Shown: piece after piece, positions 8,331 to 18,160 of the stretch | Position numbering within the stretch: position 1 is the stretch's first letter | Layout of the letters: the number at the start of each line of letters is the position of its first letter | NCBI GenBank assembly: GCA_963804955.1 | Contig: CAWDSQ010000025.1 | Coordinates: 20,497-84,496, forward strand | Direction of reading: 5' to 3' | Length of the DNA stretch: 64,000 nucleotides | Source of the DNA: an uncultured delta proteobacterium | GTDB lineage: Bacteria > Desulfobacterota > WTBG01 > CAIYCZ01 > CAIRTM01 | Made by a program: the position numbers and the translations under genes | The notes under the pieces: model-generated | What the model was told of the DNA's origin: nothing | The model's input: only the letters and a program-made list of their open reading frames with translations | Databases searched by the model: none

Positions 8331-10490
8331 TTAAGAGCAAGCCGCTGCGCGGGGCTTTGAACGCAGGGAAAGGGCGATACGCTTGCGCTGCATATCCACC
8401 TCAAGCACGGTAACGGTCACCTTCTGATGCAGTTTCACCGCATCGGCGGGGTTTTTCACAAACCTGTCGGCCATCTCGCTGATATGCACCAAACCGTCCT
8501 GGTGCACGCCGATGTCCACAAAAGCGCCGAAGTTGGTGATATTGGTAACGATGCCGGGCAGGCGCATGCCGGGCTGCACATCCTCCATGCGGGCAATGCC
8601 ATCGGCGAAGCTGAAGGCCTCAAACTGCTCGCGCGGGTCGCGGCCGGGCCTGGCAAGCTCGGCCATAATGTCCTGAAGGGTCGGCATGCCGACGGTATCG
8701 GTTGCGTATTTTTTCAGATCGATTTTTTTGCGAAGCTTTTCATCCTGCATAAGCTCTGCAACCGAGCAGCCAAGGTCCCGCGCCATGGCCTCAACGACCG
8801 GATAGCTCTCGGGGTGCACGGCGCTTGCATCCAGCGGTTGCGCCCCTCCCCTGACGCGCAGGAAACCGGCAGCCTGCTCAAAAGCCTTGGGCCCAAGACC
8901 CGAAACCTTCAGCACATCCCTGCGCGCGGCAAACGGGCCATGCTCATTGCGAAACTCCACGATTTTCTGCGCAAGCTTCGGCCCTACGCCCGACACATAG
9001 GTCAAAAGCTGGCGGCTTGCCGTATTGATCTCGACGCCGACCTGGTTCACGCAGCTCATGACGCAGTCGTCGAGCCTGTCCTTCAGGCGCCGCTGATCCA
9101 CATCGTGCTGATACTGGCCCACCCCGATTGCTTTGGGGTCGATCTTCACCAGCTCCGCAAGCGGATCCATGAGCCTGCGGCCGATTGATACGGCGCCGCG
9201 GACGGTAAGGTCATAATCGGAAAACTCCTCCCTGGCCGCCTCTGATGCCGAATAGACCGAAGCCCCGCTCTCGCTCACCATGACAACCGAAGGAGAGCCT
9301 GCCAGGTTCAGCCCGCGGACGAAGCTTTCCGTCTCGCGGCCAGCCGTGCCATTGCCCACGGCAATGCAGGCGACGGAAAAACGCTCGCACATATCGCGCA
9401 GCTTGAGGCCGGCCTCCTGCTTTTTGTTCTGCGGCTCATGGGGATAGATGGTGTCATTGTGCAGCAGCTTGCCCTGATTATCAAGGCAGACCACCTTGCA
9501 GCCCGTGCGGAAGCCCGGGTCGATGGCCAGCACCCGCTTCTGCCCGAGGGGAGCGCCCATAAGAAGCTGGCGGAGATTTTCGGCAAATACATTGATGGCC
9601 TCCTGATCGGCCTGCTCTTTGACGTTCAGCCGTATTTCCGTCTCCATGGATGAAGAAAGCAGTCGCTTATAGCAGTCCTGCACCGCCATGCGTACCTGAG
9701 CGCCTGCGGCATTTCCCGCCTTCACAAACAGACTTTCAAGCTCTGCCATGGCTTCGGCCTCATCGGGCAGAATGCGAAATGACAAAAACTCTTCTTTTTC
9801 GCCGCGGCGAATGGCAAGCACGCGGTGCGAGGGAGAGCTTTTCACCGGCTCCTGCCAGGCAAAATAATCACGGAACTTGGCGCCCTCCTCCTCCTTGCCC
9901 GCAAGCACGCTTGAGCTGATGAGCGCCTTATCGGCAAAAAGAGAGCGCATCCGGGCGCGCGCCGCAGGGTCTTCGCTCACCTGTTCGGCTATAATATCGC
10001 GGGCGCCCTGCAAAGCCTGCTCGATAGTCTCAACGCCTTTTTCAGCATCGACAAACTTCTGCGCTTCTGCTTCGATATCGATATCAGCCTGCTCAAAAAG
10101 AAGCTCGGCAAGAGGCCCGAGCCCTTTCTCTTTTGCAATCATGGCGCGCGTGCGGCGCTTGGGCCTGAAGGGCAGATAGATATCCTCGAGCACGGCCATC
10201 GTCTCAGCCGCCGTAATTTTGCCTTTCAGCTCATCGGTGAGCAGGCCGCGCTCATCAAGTGATTTCAGAATCGCCTCGCGCCGGTCGTCAAGCGTGCGCA
10301 GCTGCGCCAGCCTGTCGCGAATGGCGGTAACGGCAACCTCGTCAAGGCTGCCGGTTGCCTCCTTGCGGTAGCGGGAAATAAAGGGAATGGTGGCATCCTC
10401 GTCAAGAAGCCGTGCTGTGGCAAGAACCTGCGCTTCGGCAAGTGAAAGCTCTTTGGCTATTTTTTTTATATGCTGCTGATCAATGGCCAT
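8331..10490 (-). CDS. tex: Tex family S1 RNA-binding transcriptional accessory protein
   Basis: TIPFISRYRKEATG, DPGFRTGCK, IGVGQYQHDV, C-terminal S1 domain; start taken at MAIDQQH. Confidence 0.95.
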   Translation of the reverse strand: MAIDQQHIKKIAKELSLAEAQVLATARLLDEDATIPFISRYRKEATGSLDEVAVTAIRDRLAQLRTLDDRREAILKSLDERGLLTDELKGKITAAETMAVLEDIYLPFRPKRRTRAMIAKEKGLGPLAELLFEQADIDIEAEAQKFVDAEKGVETIEQALQGARDIIAEQVSEDPAARARMRSLFADKALISSSVLAGKEEEGAKFRDYFAWQEPVKSSPSHRVLAIRRGEKEEFLSFRILPDEAEAMAELESLFVKAGNAAGAQVRMAVQDCYKRLLSSSMETEIRLNVKEQADQEAINVFAENLRQLLMGAPLGQKRVLAIDPGFRTGCKVVCLDNQGKLLHNDTIYPHEPQNKKQEAGLKLRDMCERFSVACIAVGNGTAGRETESFVRGLNLAGSPSVVMVSESGASVYSASEAAREEFSDYDLTVRGAVSIGRRLMDPLAELVKIDPKAIGVGQYQHDVDQRRLKDRLDDCVMSCVNQVGVEINTASRQLLTYVSGVGPKLAQKIVEFRNEHGPFAARRDVLKVSGLGPKAFEQAAGFLRVRGGAQPLDASAVHPESYPVVEAMARDLGCSVAELMQDEKLRKKIDLKKYATDTVGMPTLQDIMAELARPGRDPREQFEAFSFADGIARMEDVQPGMRLPGIVTNITNFGAFVDIGVHQDGLVHISEMADRFVKNPADAVKLHQKVTVTVLEVDMQRKRIALSLRSKPRAAACS

Positions 10491-10713
10491 TCGGTAATCT
10501 CCGGTCAATAGAGTAAAAGTCCAGGTGAATCCTGAATATAAAGCCCCACAAAAAATGGGGCTAATAAATTCCTCCTTCAGCCAAGGGCGTTGAGGGAAAT
10601 TTGTCAGGCTGCAAAAATCTTCCTGTATCCCCTTTTTCAAAGGAGGATGAAACAGGCATATTTTTTGTATAAACATAAATAGTGCCGCATTGTTTATAGG
10701 GCGCGGTACTGAG

Positions 10714-10751
10714 TAAAAAACAAAAACCCCGCTTCTTATGCGGGGTTTTTG
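10714..10751. terminator. Rho-independent terminator after the Hsp20 pair
   Basis: AAAAACCCCGC-TTCTTAT-GCGGGGTTTTT hairpin with A/T tails. Confidence 0.7.
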
Positions 10752-10848
10752 TGTGCCCGTACTGGCCAAACACCATAGCTGAACAGGCCTTAACCGGCAA
10801 GTAAAATATAGGTTCTGCTTAATCGATCATATGCGGCCAGCCGAATGC

Positions 10849-11244
10849 TTATGCAAACGTAATGTCGATTTTCTTGGGCTTTACCCGCTCAGCCTTCGGG
10901 AGCGTCAGCTTCAAAACGCCGTTGTTCATGGATGCCGCGATTTTATCACGGTCGATCTCCTCGCCGATGGTAAAAGCCCGGTAATAATCTTTGCAGGCAA
11001 ATTCGGAATAATATTTGTCAGCATCAGCTGCGCAGGGGCCGCCTGCCTTGCCGTAAATCTGCAGGGTGTCCTTGTCAATCTGAAGGCTCAGGTCATCCTT
11101 GCCCACGCCGGGCAGATCAGCGTACAGAATCACGGCCTCAGTGTTTTCGTAAATATCCACCGGGGGCACCACAGCTCCCTTGGCAATTTCCGACAGCTTG
11201 CCCGCATCCCTCTGGGCGATCGAAGTATCTTTTTCCTGTGCCAT
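10849..11244 (-). CDS. Hsp20/alpha-crystallin small heat-shock protein
   Basis: PPVDIYE...ADLPGV and NGVLKLTLPK motifs. Confidence 0.92.
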   Translation of the reverse strand: MAQEKDTSIAQRDAGKLSEIAKGAVVPPVDIYENTEAVILYADLPGVGKDDLSLQIDKDTLQIYGKAGGPCAADADKYYSEFACKDYYRAFTIGEEIDRDKIAASMNNGVLKLTLPKAERVKPKKIDITFA

Positions 11245-11260
11245 AGTAATTCCTCCTTTC

Positions 11261-11725
11261 TTACGACACTTTCACGGGAATCTGCCGCGGCTTCTGCTCT
11301 TCCCGCTTGGCGATCTTAATGTTCAGAACGCCGTCTTTACAGTTTGCGGTTATTGATTCCGGATTGATCCCGTCAGGCAGGCTCACAACCCGCGCAAAGG
11401 ACCCGCTGAAGCGCTCCCTGCGGTGATACCGCTCCCGGGCAATTTCGGCCCCCTCGGCCTGCGCGGTGCTGCGCTCGCCTTTTATGGTCAGGGTGTTATT
11501 CTCGAAGTTCAGCTGTACCTTCTGCGGATCAACACCCGGAATCAGGGCCTGCACATTCACCCCGTCCTTTGTTTCATACATGTTGATGGCCGGGAATGTG
11601 CCTCGCGGGACGCTGCGAATATTTGACAGCGGCACACCGATGTCAAACAGCCGGTCCAGCTCCTGCCTCAGACTGTTGAAATCGCCATACCATGCATCAT
11701 AAGGTTCAAACCATCCTGCGCTCAT
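11261..11725 (-). CDS. Hsp20/alpha-crystallin small heat-shock protein
   Basis: FPAINMYE, RRERFSGSFAR and DGVLNIKI motifs. Confidence 0.92.
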   Translation of the reverse strand: MSAGWFEPYDAWYGDFNSLRQELDRLFDIGVPLSNIRSVPRGTFPAINMYETKDGVNVQALIPGVDPQKVQLNFENNTLTIKGERSTAQAEGAEIARERYHRRERFSGSFARVVSLPDGINPESITANCKDGVLNIKIAKREEQKPRQIPVKVS

Positions 11726-11945
11726 AGGTTTGCCTCCTTTCAATTTAGGGTTAGCGGTTGATGGTTTTTGCCGTCTCTGGTGAAAAGGTAAAAAACGTTT
11801 TTACAAAGTCAAGCCCCGCTGTCCAGGCCAAACAAAAAAAAGTTGCCCCTTGACTCCTGGCTTTCATTGCTTATGTTTATTGTTATTAGCAAACTTATTA
11901 ATGCACCATGCAGACACCACAGGAGGTTTTCACAGGAGATTTTAT

Positions 11946-13811
11946 ATGGCTACCCGAAAATTTGAAACTGAGGTCAACCAGCTGCTGAACCTGATCATTC
12001 ACTCGCTGTATTCTCACAAAGAGATATTTATCCGCGAGCTCGTATCAAATGCATCCGATGCTCTTGACAAGCTGAAATATTTAACCCTGACGGATGAGGC
12101 CTTCAAAAGCCTGCCGTTTGATCCCCGCATCGACATATCCTTCGACCGGGATAAAAAAACCCTGTCCATAGCCGATACGGGCATCGGCATGAACGAGGCA
12201 GACCTGGTGGAGCAGCTCGGCACCATCGCCAAGTCGGGCACCCGTAATTTCGTGGCGCAGATGACCGGCGATGCAAAAAAGGATTCAAACCTGATCGGCC
12301 AGTTCGGCGTGGGCTTCTACTCCTGCTTCATGGTGGCAGACAAGGTCGATGTCACAACGCGCAGGGCGGGCGAAGATACAGCCTGGCAGTGGACAAGCGA
12401 CGGCAAGGGCGAATATGAAATCTCTGAGGCGCAGCGCGACACGGCCGGCACTACCGTGACCCTGCATCTCAACGATAACGGCATCGAATATGCCAACCGC
12501 TGGCAGATTGAGTCGATCATTAAAAAATATTCAAACCATATCCCCTTCCCCATCCACCTGCACTTTGAGGATGTGCGCTATGAGGGCAAGGACAAGGACC
12601 GCAAGGAAATAAAAGAGCAGAAGGTCGAAAAAATAAACGAGGCCTCGGCCCTCTGGAAGTGCTCGAAGCAGGAGCTGAAGGACGAGGATTACAAGGAATT
12701 CTACAAAAGCATCGGCCACGACACCGAAGACCCGCTGCTGTGGGTGCACACGAAAGCCGAAGGCACCATGGAGTATGCCACGCTTTTTTATGTGCCGAAA
12801 AAGGCGCCCCTCAACCTGTACTATTCCGACTTCAAGCCGGGCGTGAAGCTCTATGTCAAGCGCGTCTTCATAACCGATGACGACAATGACCTGCTGCCCC
12901 GCTATCTGCGCTTTGTGCGCGGGGTCATCGACTCCGAAGACCTGCCCCTGAACGTGAGCCGGGAAATTCTGCAGCAGAACCGGGTGCTGGCAAAAATCAA
13001 ATCATCGTCCGTGAAAAAACTGCTCGACGAGTTCAAAACGCTTGCCGGCGATACGGAAAAATACACAGCATTCTATAAGGAGTTCGGCCGCCTGCTCAAG
13101 GAGGGCCTGTATCAGGACTATGAAAACCGCGAAGATCTGCTTGAGCTGGTGCGCTTCAAATCAAGCTCGGCCGAGGGGTTTGCAAGCCTTGCGAAGTACA
13201 AAGACCGCATGCAGGCCGACCAGAAGGCCATTTACTATGTCACCGGCGAGAAGGAGGAAACGCTGCGCGAGTCGCCCCTTCTGGAAATGTACCGGAAGAA
13301 AAACATCGAGGTTCTCATCATGGACGACCCCGTTGACGAGCTGGTCATGCCGTCGGTGGGGCGCTACAAGGACATCGAGTTCAAGTCCATCAACCGCAGC
13401 GACGCTGCGGAGGAGCTGAAAACCGAACAGGATAAGCAGGAGGAAAAGCAGGCCGAGCCGGTCATCAAGCGCATGAAAGATGTGCTTGGCGATGAGGTAA
13501 AAGAGGTTAAGGCCAGCGCGCGGCTGAGCGATTCGCCCTGCTGCATCGTTGTTGACGAAAAAGACCCCACCGTGCAGATGCAGAGCCTGCTGAAAGCCAT
13601 GGGGCAGGAGGGGCCAGAGATAAAGCCGATCCTTGAAATCAACCCCACGCATGAGATTATCAAAAAGCTTGAATCCGTGCAGGATGACCGCCTGTTTGAA
13701 GACGCCACGCGGCTGCTCTATGAGCAGGCCCTGCTGATCGAAGGCGCGCCGGTCAAAAAGCCCGTCGATTTCGTGCGCCGCCTCAACAGCATGCTGGGCA
13801 GGGCGCTGTAG
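11946..13811 (+). CDS. htpG: Chaperone HtpG (Hsp90)
   Basis: IHSLYSHKEIFIRELVSNASDA, IGQFGVGFYS, DSEDLPLNVSRE; CAGGAG RBS before ATG 11946. Confidence 0.97.
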   Translation: MATRKFETEVNQLLNLIIHSLYSHKEIFIRELVSNASDALDKLKYLTLTDEAFKSLPFDPRIDISFDRDKKTLSIADTGIGMNEADLVEQLGTIAKSGTRNFVAQMTGDAKKDSNLIGQFGVGFYSCFMVADKVDVTTRRAGEDTAWQWTSDGKGEYEISEAQRDTAGTTVTLHLNDNGIEYANRWQIESIIKKYSNHIPFPIHLHFEDVRYEGKDKDRKEIKEQKVEKINEASALWKCSKQELKDEDYKEFYKSIGHDTEDPLLWVHTKAEGTMEYATLFYVPKKAPLNLYYSDFKPGVKLYVKRVFITDDDNDLLPRYLRFVRGVIDSEDLPLNVSREILQQNRVLAKIKSSSVKKLLDEFKTLAGDTEKYTAFYKEFGRLLKEGLYQDYENREDLLELVRFKSSSAEGFASLAKYKDRMQADQKAIYYVTGEKEETLRESPLLEMYRKKNIEVLIMDDPVDELVMPSVGRYKDIEFKSINRSDAAEELKTEQDKQEEKQAEPVIKRMKDVLGDEVKEVKASARLSDSPCCIVVDEKDPTVQMQSLLKAMGQEGPEIKPILEINPTHEIIKKLESVQDDRLFEDATRLLYEQALLIEGAPVKKPVDFVRRLNSMLGRAL

Positions 13812-13846
13812 GAGAATATGCCTCCGGGTAAAACCCGCAGGTCATA

Positions 13847-13977
13847 CCAGAACGGAGCAGGAGTCAGAATCCAGAAGCCAGAAGGGAAGGCATACAGGTT
13901 CCCGGGCAATCAGATTCTAAAATATTATTGCTGTTTTGTTTTTCATGCTGAATTCTGACGTCTGGATTCAGGCTTCT
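13847..13977. repeat. Heptamer inverted-array element, copy A
   Basis: CAGAAxx tandem units on the left, TTCTGxx units on the right; core resembles the copy at 35239-35363. Confidence 0.65.
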
Positions 13978-14018
13978 TTTCTTCATTATATTACATAAGC
14001 AAAAAGGCGGGCAACGCT

Positions 14019-14039
14019 ATAGCGATGTCCGCCTTTTTG
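14019..14039. terminator. Right arm of a bidirectional terminator between htpG and selA (hairpin about 14001-14038)
   Basis: AAAAAGGCGGGCA...TGTCCGCCTTTTT. Confidence 0.6.
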
Positions 14040-14045
14040 CATTCC

Positions 14046-15437
14046 TCATCTTATACTCTGCCACTCCTGTAAGGCCTCCAGTATGCGCGGATCTTCATCA
14101 GGCGCAATCGTGAGAAAATCAAGCATAAAGCGGTCCTCCGCCACAAAGCCGATTATGGGCAGGTCTCTCTGCTCAAACCAGGCTGCCACGGCATTGGGTT
14201 CCTTCACATCGAAAGCCAGCCCCAGGCTTGGCATGCTGTGGCCTGGCAGCGCACCCCCGCCCATCTGGCCGCTTGTCTCAATGATGCGGCATACTCCGGC
14301 CGGCAGGGCTGCTTTTTTAAGAAGGGATTCGATGCGCTTCTTTAACATGGCGCGGCTCTGCGTAGCGAGCTTCACATAGGGAATCATGTCGAACTGCTTC
14401 AGCTCATAGAGCTTCAGCACCTCCTGCAGCAGGGCGTAATGAAATTTATCGGGCCGCAGGGCACGCATAAGCGGATGCCGCTCAAGCCGCTGTATCAAGG
14501 CGCGCGGGCCGGCAACGATGCCTGACTGGCAGGCGCCGAGCAGCTTGTCGCCTGAAAAGCATATCAGGTCGGCTCCGCTGCGCAGAGACTGCGCGGCATG
14601 CGGTTCCGCATCCAGAATCCGGGGGCCCTCTTCCATCAGGTTTCCGCTCCCGAGATCATGCACCAGCAGCACGGATTCATTTTTCAAAGCAGCAAGTTCG
14701 GCAAGAGCGGGCTGCTGCACAAAGCCTGTCTGGTAGAAATTGGACTGGTGAATCTTCAGGATCATGGCCGTTTTGTCACGTATGGCCGCGCGATAATCAT
14801 CAAGGGTGGTAATATTGGTGGTGCCGACCTCAACCAGGCGCGCCCCGCTCTGCTTTAAAATATCGGGTATCCTGAAGCCGCCGCCGATCTGCACAAGCTC
14901 GCCCCGCGATACAATCACCTCGCGCCCTTTGGCGAAGGCAAACAGAATAAGCAGTATGGCAGCGGCATTGTTATTGACTACAAGGGCGTCTTCAGCCTGC
15001 ACGAGCCGCGCCAGTGCTTCCCGCACATAGCGGCCGCGGCCGCCGCGGCTTGCCGTGTTTAAATCATACTCAAGGTTGGTGTAGCCCGTTACCGTCCTCA
15101 GCACCTGCTCAAGCAGGGCCGCATCCCACGGCGCCCGCCCGAAATTTGTATGCAAGAGTATGCCGGTTGCATTGATCACGCGCTGGAGCATGGACTTGCG
15201 CGCCTGCGCCATGCTTCGTGACAGCTGCCTGTCGACAAGGGCTGCTATATCATGGGGCTTGCCGTCTATGATCGTCTGCCGGATATCTGCCACAACGCGC
15301 TGCGCAACCTGCTTGGCCAGAGCGCTGCCATGGGCCCGGGCAAACTGCTGAAGTTCTGCCTTCTCAAGCAGCTTGTTGATGCTTGGCAGAAGGCGCAAAC
15401 TTTCATTGGGGATTTTGTTCTTTTTGGGTGAAGGCAT
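14046..15437 (-). CDS. selA: L-seryl-tRNA(Sec) selenium transferase
   Basis: VINATG.LLHTN.GRAP, VVNNNAAA, SRGELVQIGGGFRIPD, FSGDKLLG (PLP lysine). Confidence 0.95.
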   Translation of the reverse strand: MPSPKKNKIPNESLRLLPSINKLLEKAELQQFARAHGSALAKQVAQRVVADIRQTIIDGKPHDIAALVDRQLSRSMAQARKSMLQRVINATGILLHTNFGRAPWDAALLEQVLRTVTGYTNLEYDLNTASRGGRGRYVREALARLVQAEDALVVNNNAAAILLILFAFAKGREVIVSRGELVQIGGGFRIPDILKQSGARLVEVGTTNITTLDDYRAAIRDKTAMILKIHQSNFYQTGFVQQPALAELAALKNESVLLVHDLGSGNLMEEGPRILDAEPHAAQSLRSGADLICFSGDKLLGACQSGIVAGPRALIQRLERHPLMRALRPDKFHYALLQEVLKLYELKQFDMIPYVKLATQSRAMLKKRIESLLKKAALPAGVCRIIETSGQMGGGALPGHSMPSLGLAFDVKEPNAVAAWFEQRDLPIIGFVAEDRFMLDFLTIAPDEDPRILEALQEWQSIR

Positions 15438-15492
15438 ACTAAGCTCAGTCCGGGCTTTTTAAGTTTATCTTTATTAACGAAGTACAGCGTGC

Positions 15493-15544
15493 CATACGAA
15501 GGCTGACAAAAAATCCACCCTAACCCTCCTTTGCAAAAGGAGGG
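15493..15544. repeat. CCCCCTTT..AAAGGGGG palindromic intergenic repeat family; near-identical inverted copy at 63949-64000
   Basis: CATACGAAGGCTGACAAAAAATCCACCCTAACCCTCCTTTGCAAAAGGAGGG matches the reverse complement of the window end; related copies near 10565-10657, 20137-20170, 42008-42030 and 46020-46117. Confidence 0.8.
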
Positions 15545-15616
15545 AATCAGTTAGCCCCTTATACAAAAAGGGGACTTTTTCTTCACCTTTTGTAAAGGGG
15601 GATTTGCGAACAGTTT

Positions 15617-15740
15617 GGTTGGGTTGAGGTACGAAACCCACCGGTTTCTCCCGGGCTTAACCCAACCAAAAAACCTGGAGGTTATCTTTCGTAGGGTGCG
15701 CCGCGCGCACCATTTTATTCCGGTGCGCACAGCACACCCT
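15617..15740. repeat. Two GTAG-type REP-like doublets
   Basis: GGTTGGGTTGAGG..CGAAACCCA...CTTAACCCAACC (also at 22158-22214) and GTAGGGTGCG..GCGCAC...GTGCGC..GCACACCCT. Confidence 0.65.
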
Positions 15741-15773
15741 GCTGCAATCCATGCCGGCTCGTATTAAAAAAAA

Positions 15774-15869
15774 TGGCGGAAACGTATGGGAATCGAACCC
15801 ACCCAGGACGCTCGCACGCCCCGCAACGGTTTTGAAGACCGCGGAGCCCACCAGGACTCATCCGCTTCC
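15774..15869 (-). tRNA. selC: tRNA-Sec (UCA)
   Basis: Reverse complement GGAAGCGG...GCGGT-CTTCAAA-ACCGT...GGTTCGATTCC...CGTTTCCGCCA: 96 nt, long variable arm, TCA anticodon, next to selA. Confidence 0.95.
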
Positions 15870-15965
15870 AGCATAGTATTTTTCGGCTATCTTTTTAACA
15901 TGTCTATAAATATATTGCCAGCGTCAAAAAAATCAAGCATGGCTGCTGAACCGGCACTTCGCAAC

Positions 15966-16008
15966 AAACAAAGGCCAGCCCTTTACAGGACCGGCCTTTG
16001 TTTGTTTT
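15966..16008 (-). terminator. Terminator after the tandem surface-protein genes
   Basis: AAACAAAGGCC...GGCCTTTGTTT hairpin. Confidence 0.6.
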
Positions 16009-16027
16009 AAATAATCTGCCACACCTA

Positions 16028-18005
16028 CTACGGCGTGCAAACCGATTCACATACCGGCTGTCCATCGCCCCCGCAGCCGGGGTCTGCGTCGCACACATCC
16101 CCTGTGCCGTCGCTGTCTGCATCCATCTGAAACCTGTTGCACAGGGCCGGGCAGTTGTCAGCACTGTCGGGAAAGTTGTCTCCGTCCGCATCTGTCTGCC
16201 CCTCGCACAATCCCTGGCCGCATCCTCCCCCGCACCCAGGCGTCGGGTCGCACACATCTCCTATGCCATCAGTATCGGCATCAAGCTGCTGCGGGTTGGC
16301 ATTGTTCGGGCAATTGTCAAAGTAATTTAAAATACCGTCACCATCCGTATCGCATGACTGCTCACAGGCCGGCTGTCCCTCTGCCCCGCACCCCGGGTCT
16401 GCGTCGCACACATCGCCTGTGCCGTCACTGTCGGCGTCAAGCTGCTCAAGATTGCAGACGGCAGGGCAATTATCAACTGCATCCCGCACATAGTCGCCAT
16501 CCGTATCAACCTGCCCCTCACATACCTGCTGGCCGCAGCCCGTGCCGCAGCCGGGTGTTGTGTCGCACACATCGCCGACGCCGTCAGTATCGGCGTCAAG
16601 CTGCTGGGGGTTGGCAATGGCTCGGACAGTTGTCAGAGGCATCTGCAACGCCGTCGCCGTCTGTATCGACAATGCTCGTCGTGGTGGAGGTCGTTGTGTC
16701 GTCAGGCGTAGATGTTGTTGTGGTGCTTGTTGTCACTATAGCCTTACAGATGACCATAGGACGGGCATTCGGCCAGCGTGGATCGGTCTCAAATTTAGAA
16801 TATTTATAAATATCCGACGAATCGACAATAAACCAATTCGCGTCGCTCGCAGCACATCCCTCCATTCGTATTATCCAGTTCCTATACCAGTAATTAATTT
16901 CCATATTGAGGGTCAACTTTGCGTTCCACGGGGCTGGGGGTGCTACCCATGATGTCTTGCTTGACCATGCCGTTGAAAAAACATAACAGCCCCAGTCATA
17001 GCTGTTACAGGCAGCATCAAAGGGATGATTTGCAGATACGAGCTTCCATATGTCATGTTCATCAAGAGGCTGCCAGGTGTCGATTCCGCCCCAGCTTAAA
17101 TTAGTGCAGTAATTTCTGGTCTCGGTGCGGACAGGATGGAAAGCCGGGGTAACGGCGTTAAAACCAATATCGGCATAGGTCTTTAAAAATGTGCTCGTCC
17201 CGTCATTATTCATCATGGCTATTTGATTGCCATCAGCGGCGGCGTCATTGTAATCGCAGTCACCATCCAGGTTGCTGCAGCCGGCCTGAATATAATCAAA
17301 CTTCCCATCTCCATCAGTATCAACATCTACAAACACCGTGGTGGTTGTGGATGCGACGGTGGTGGTTGTCGTGCTCGGCCCAATGCTTGTCGTAGTTGTT
17401 GTCGAATTCGGGTCAAATACCACAGCAGGATAGCCGTACCATGGGTTGGTAAACCCGGTTGCCCCGGAAAGATAGTACACTGTAAAACCGCTTGCGCAGT
17501 TACGGAAAACGTCACTCCCCATTGTTGGTGCATTGCCGTAAAAATAAGCATCCGTCAAACCGCTGCAGCCAGAAAAGGCCTCTCTTTCAATGCTTGTAAC
17601 ACTGGCCGGAATTGAAATGCTGCCTAAGCCCGTGCAATCACAAAACGCACCATATCCAATACTCGTAATGCTTGACGGAATTGTAACAGAGGTGAGCCCC
17701 GTGCAACCTCCGAATGCAAATATCCCTATGCTCGTAATAGAGCTTGGTATATCAATGCCGGTCATTTTTGTATAGCCCATAAAAGCAGTAGGGCCGATAC
17801 TGACCACCGGCATGTAATCTATTTGTGATGGTACGTACACATATATGCTGGAACCGATATATCCGGTTATAGTGGCCACATACATACCCGATGGAGCCTG
17901 TGAAACCGTATAACTAAAATCACCCGACCACTGAGCAAAGGCAGATGAATAAAGAAACAGACAACCAATCAATGACAGCAACAACATGGATTTTCTGAAA
18001 TGCAT
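16028..18005 (-). CDS. Secreted protein: BspA-type leucine-rich repeats, Thr-rich linkers, divergent Lcl/lectin-like domain, thrombospondin type-3 repeats (1-nt frameshift near 16622)
   Basis: MHFRKS signal peptide; IPSSITSIG..AF.GCTGLTS repeats; DxDxDG..D..DNCP repeats; one extra base relative to the paralog splits it into ORFs 16596-18116 and 16028-16672. Confidence 0.8.
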
Positions 18006-18160
18006 ATACCCCTCCTTTAAATTGTGGTTGGTTAATCTTTTCATGCGATCCCTCATTCCTGAATCAAGCATACGACAGACTTCTCCCCCTGCAAAGGGGC
18101 GAAGAGGTAAGAGCAAACAGCCTTGTATGCTGGGCGCAACCCACCATATTCATGTATGCC

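Noticed and set aside
11880..11915. CIRCE operator between the Hsp20 genes and htpG
   Set aside because: Only TTAGCA matches; the TTAGCACTC-N9-GAGTGCTAA inverted repeat is absent.
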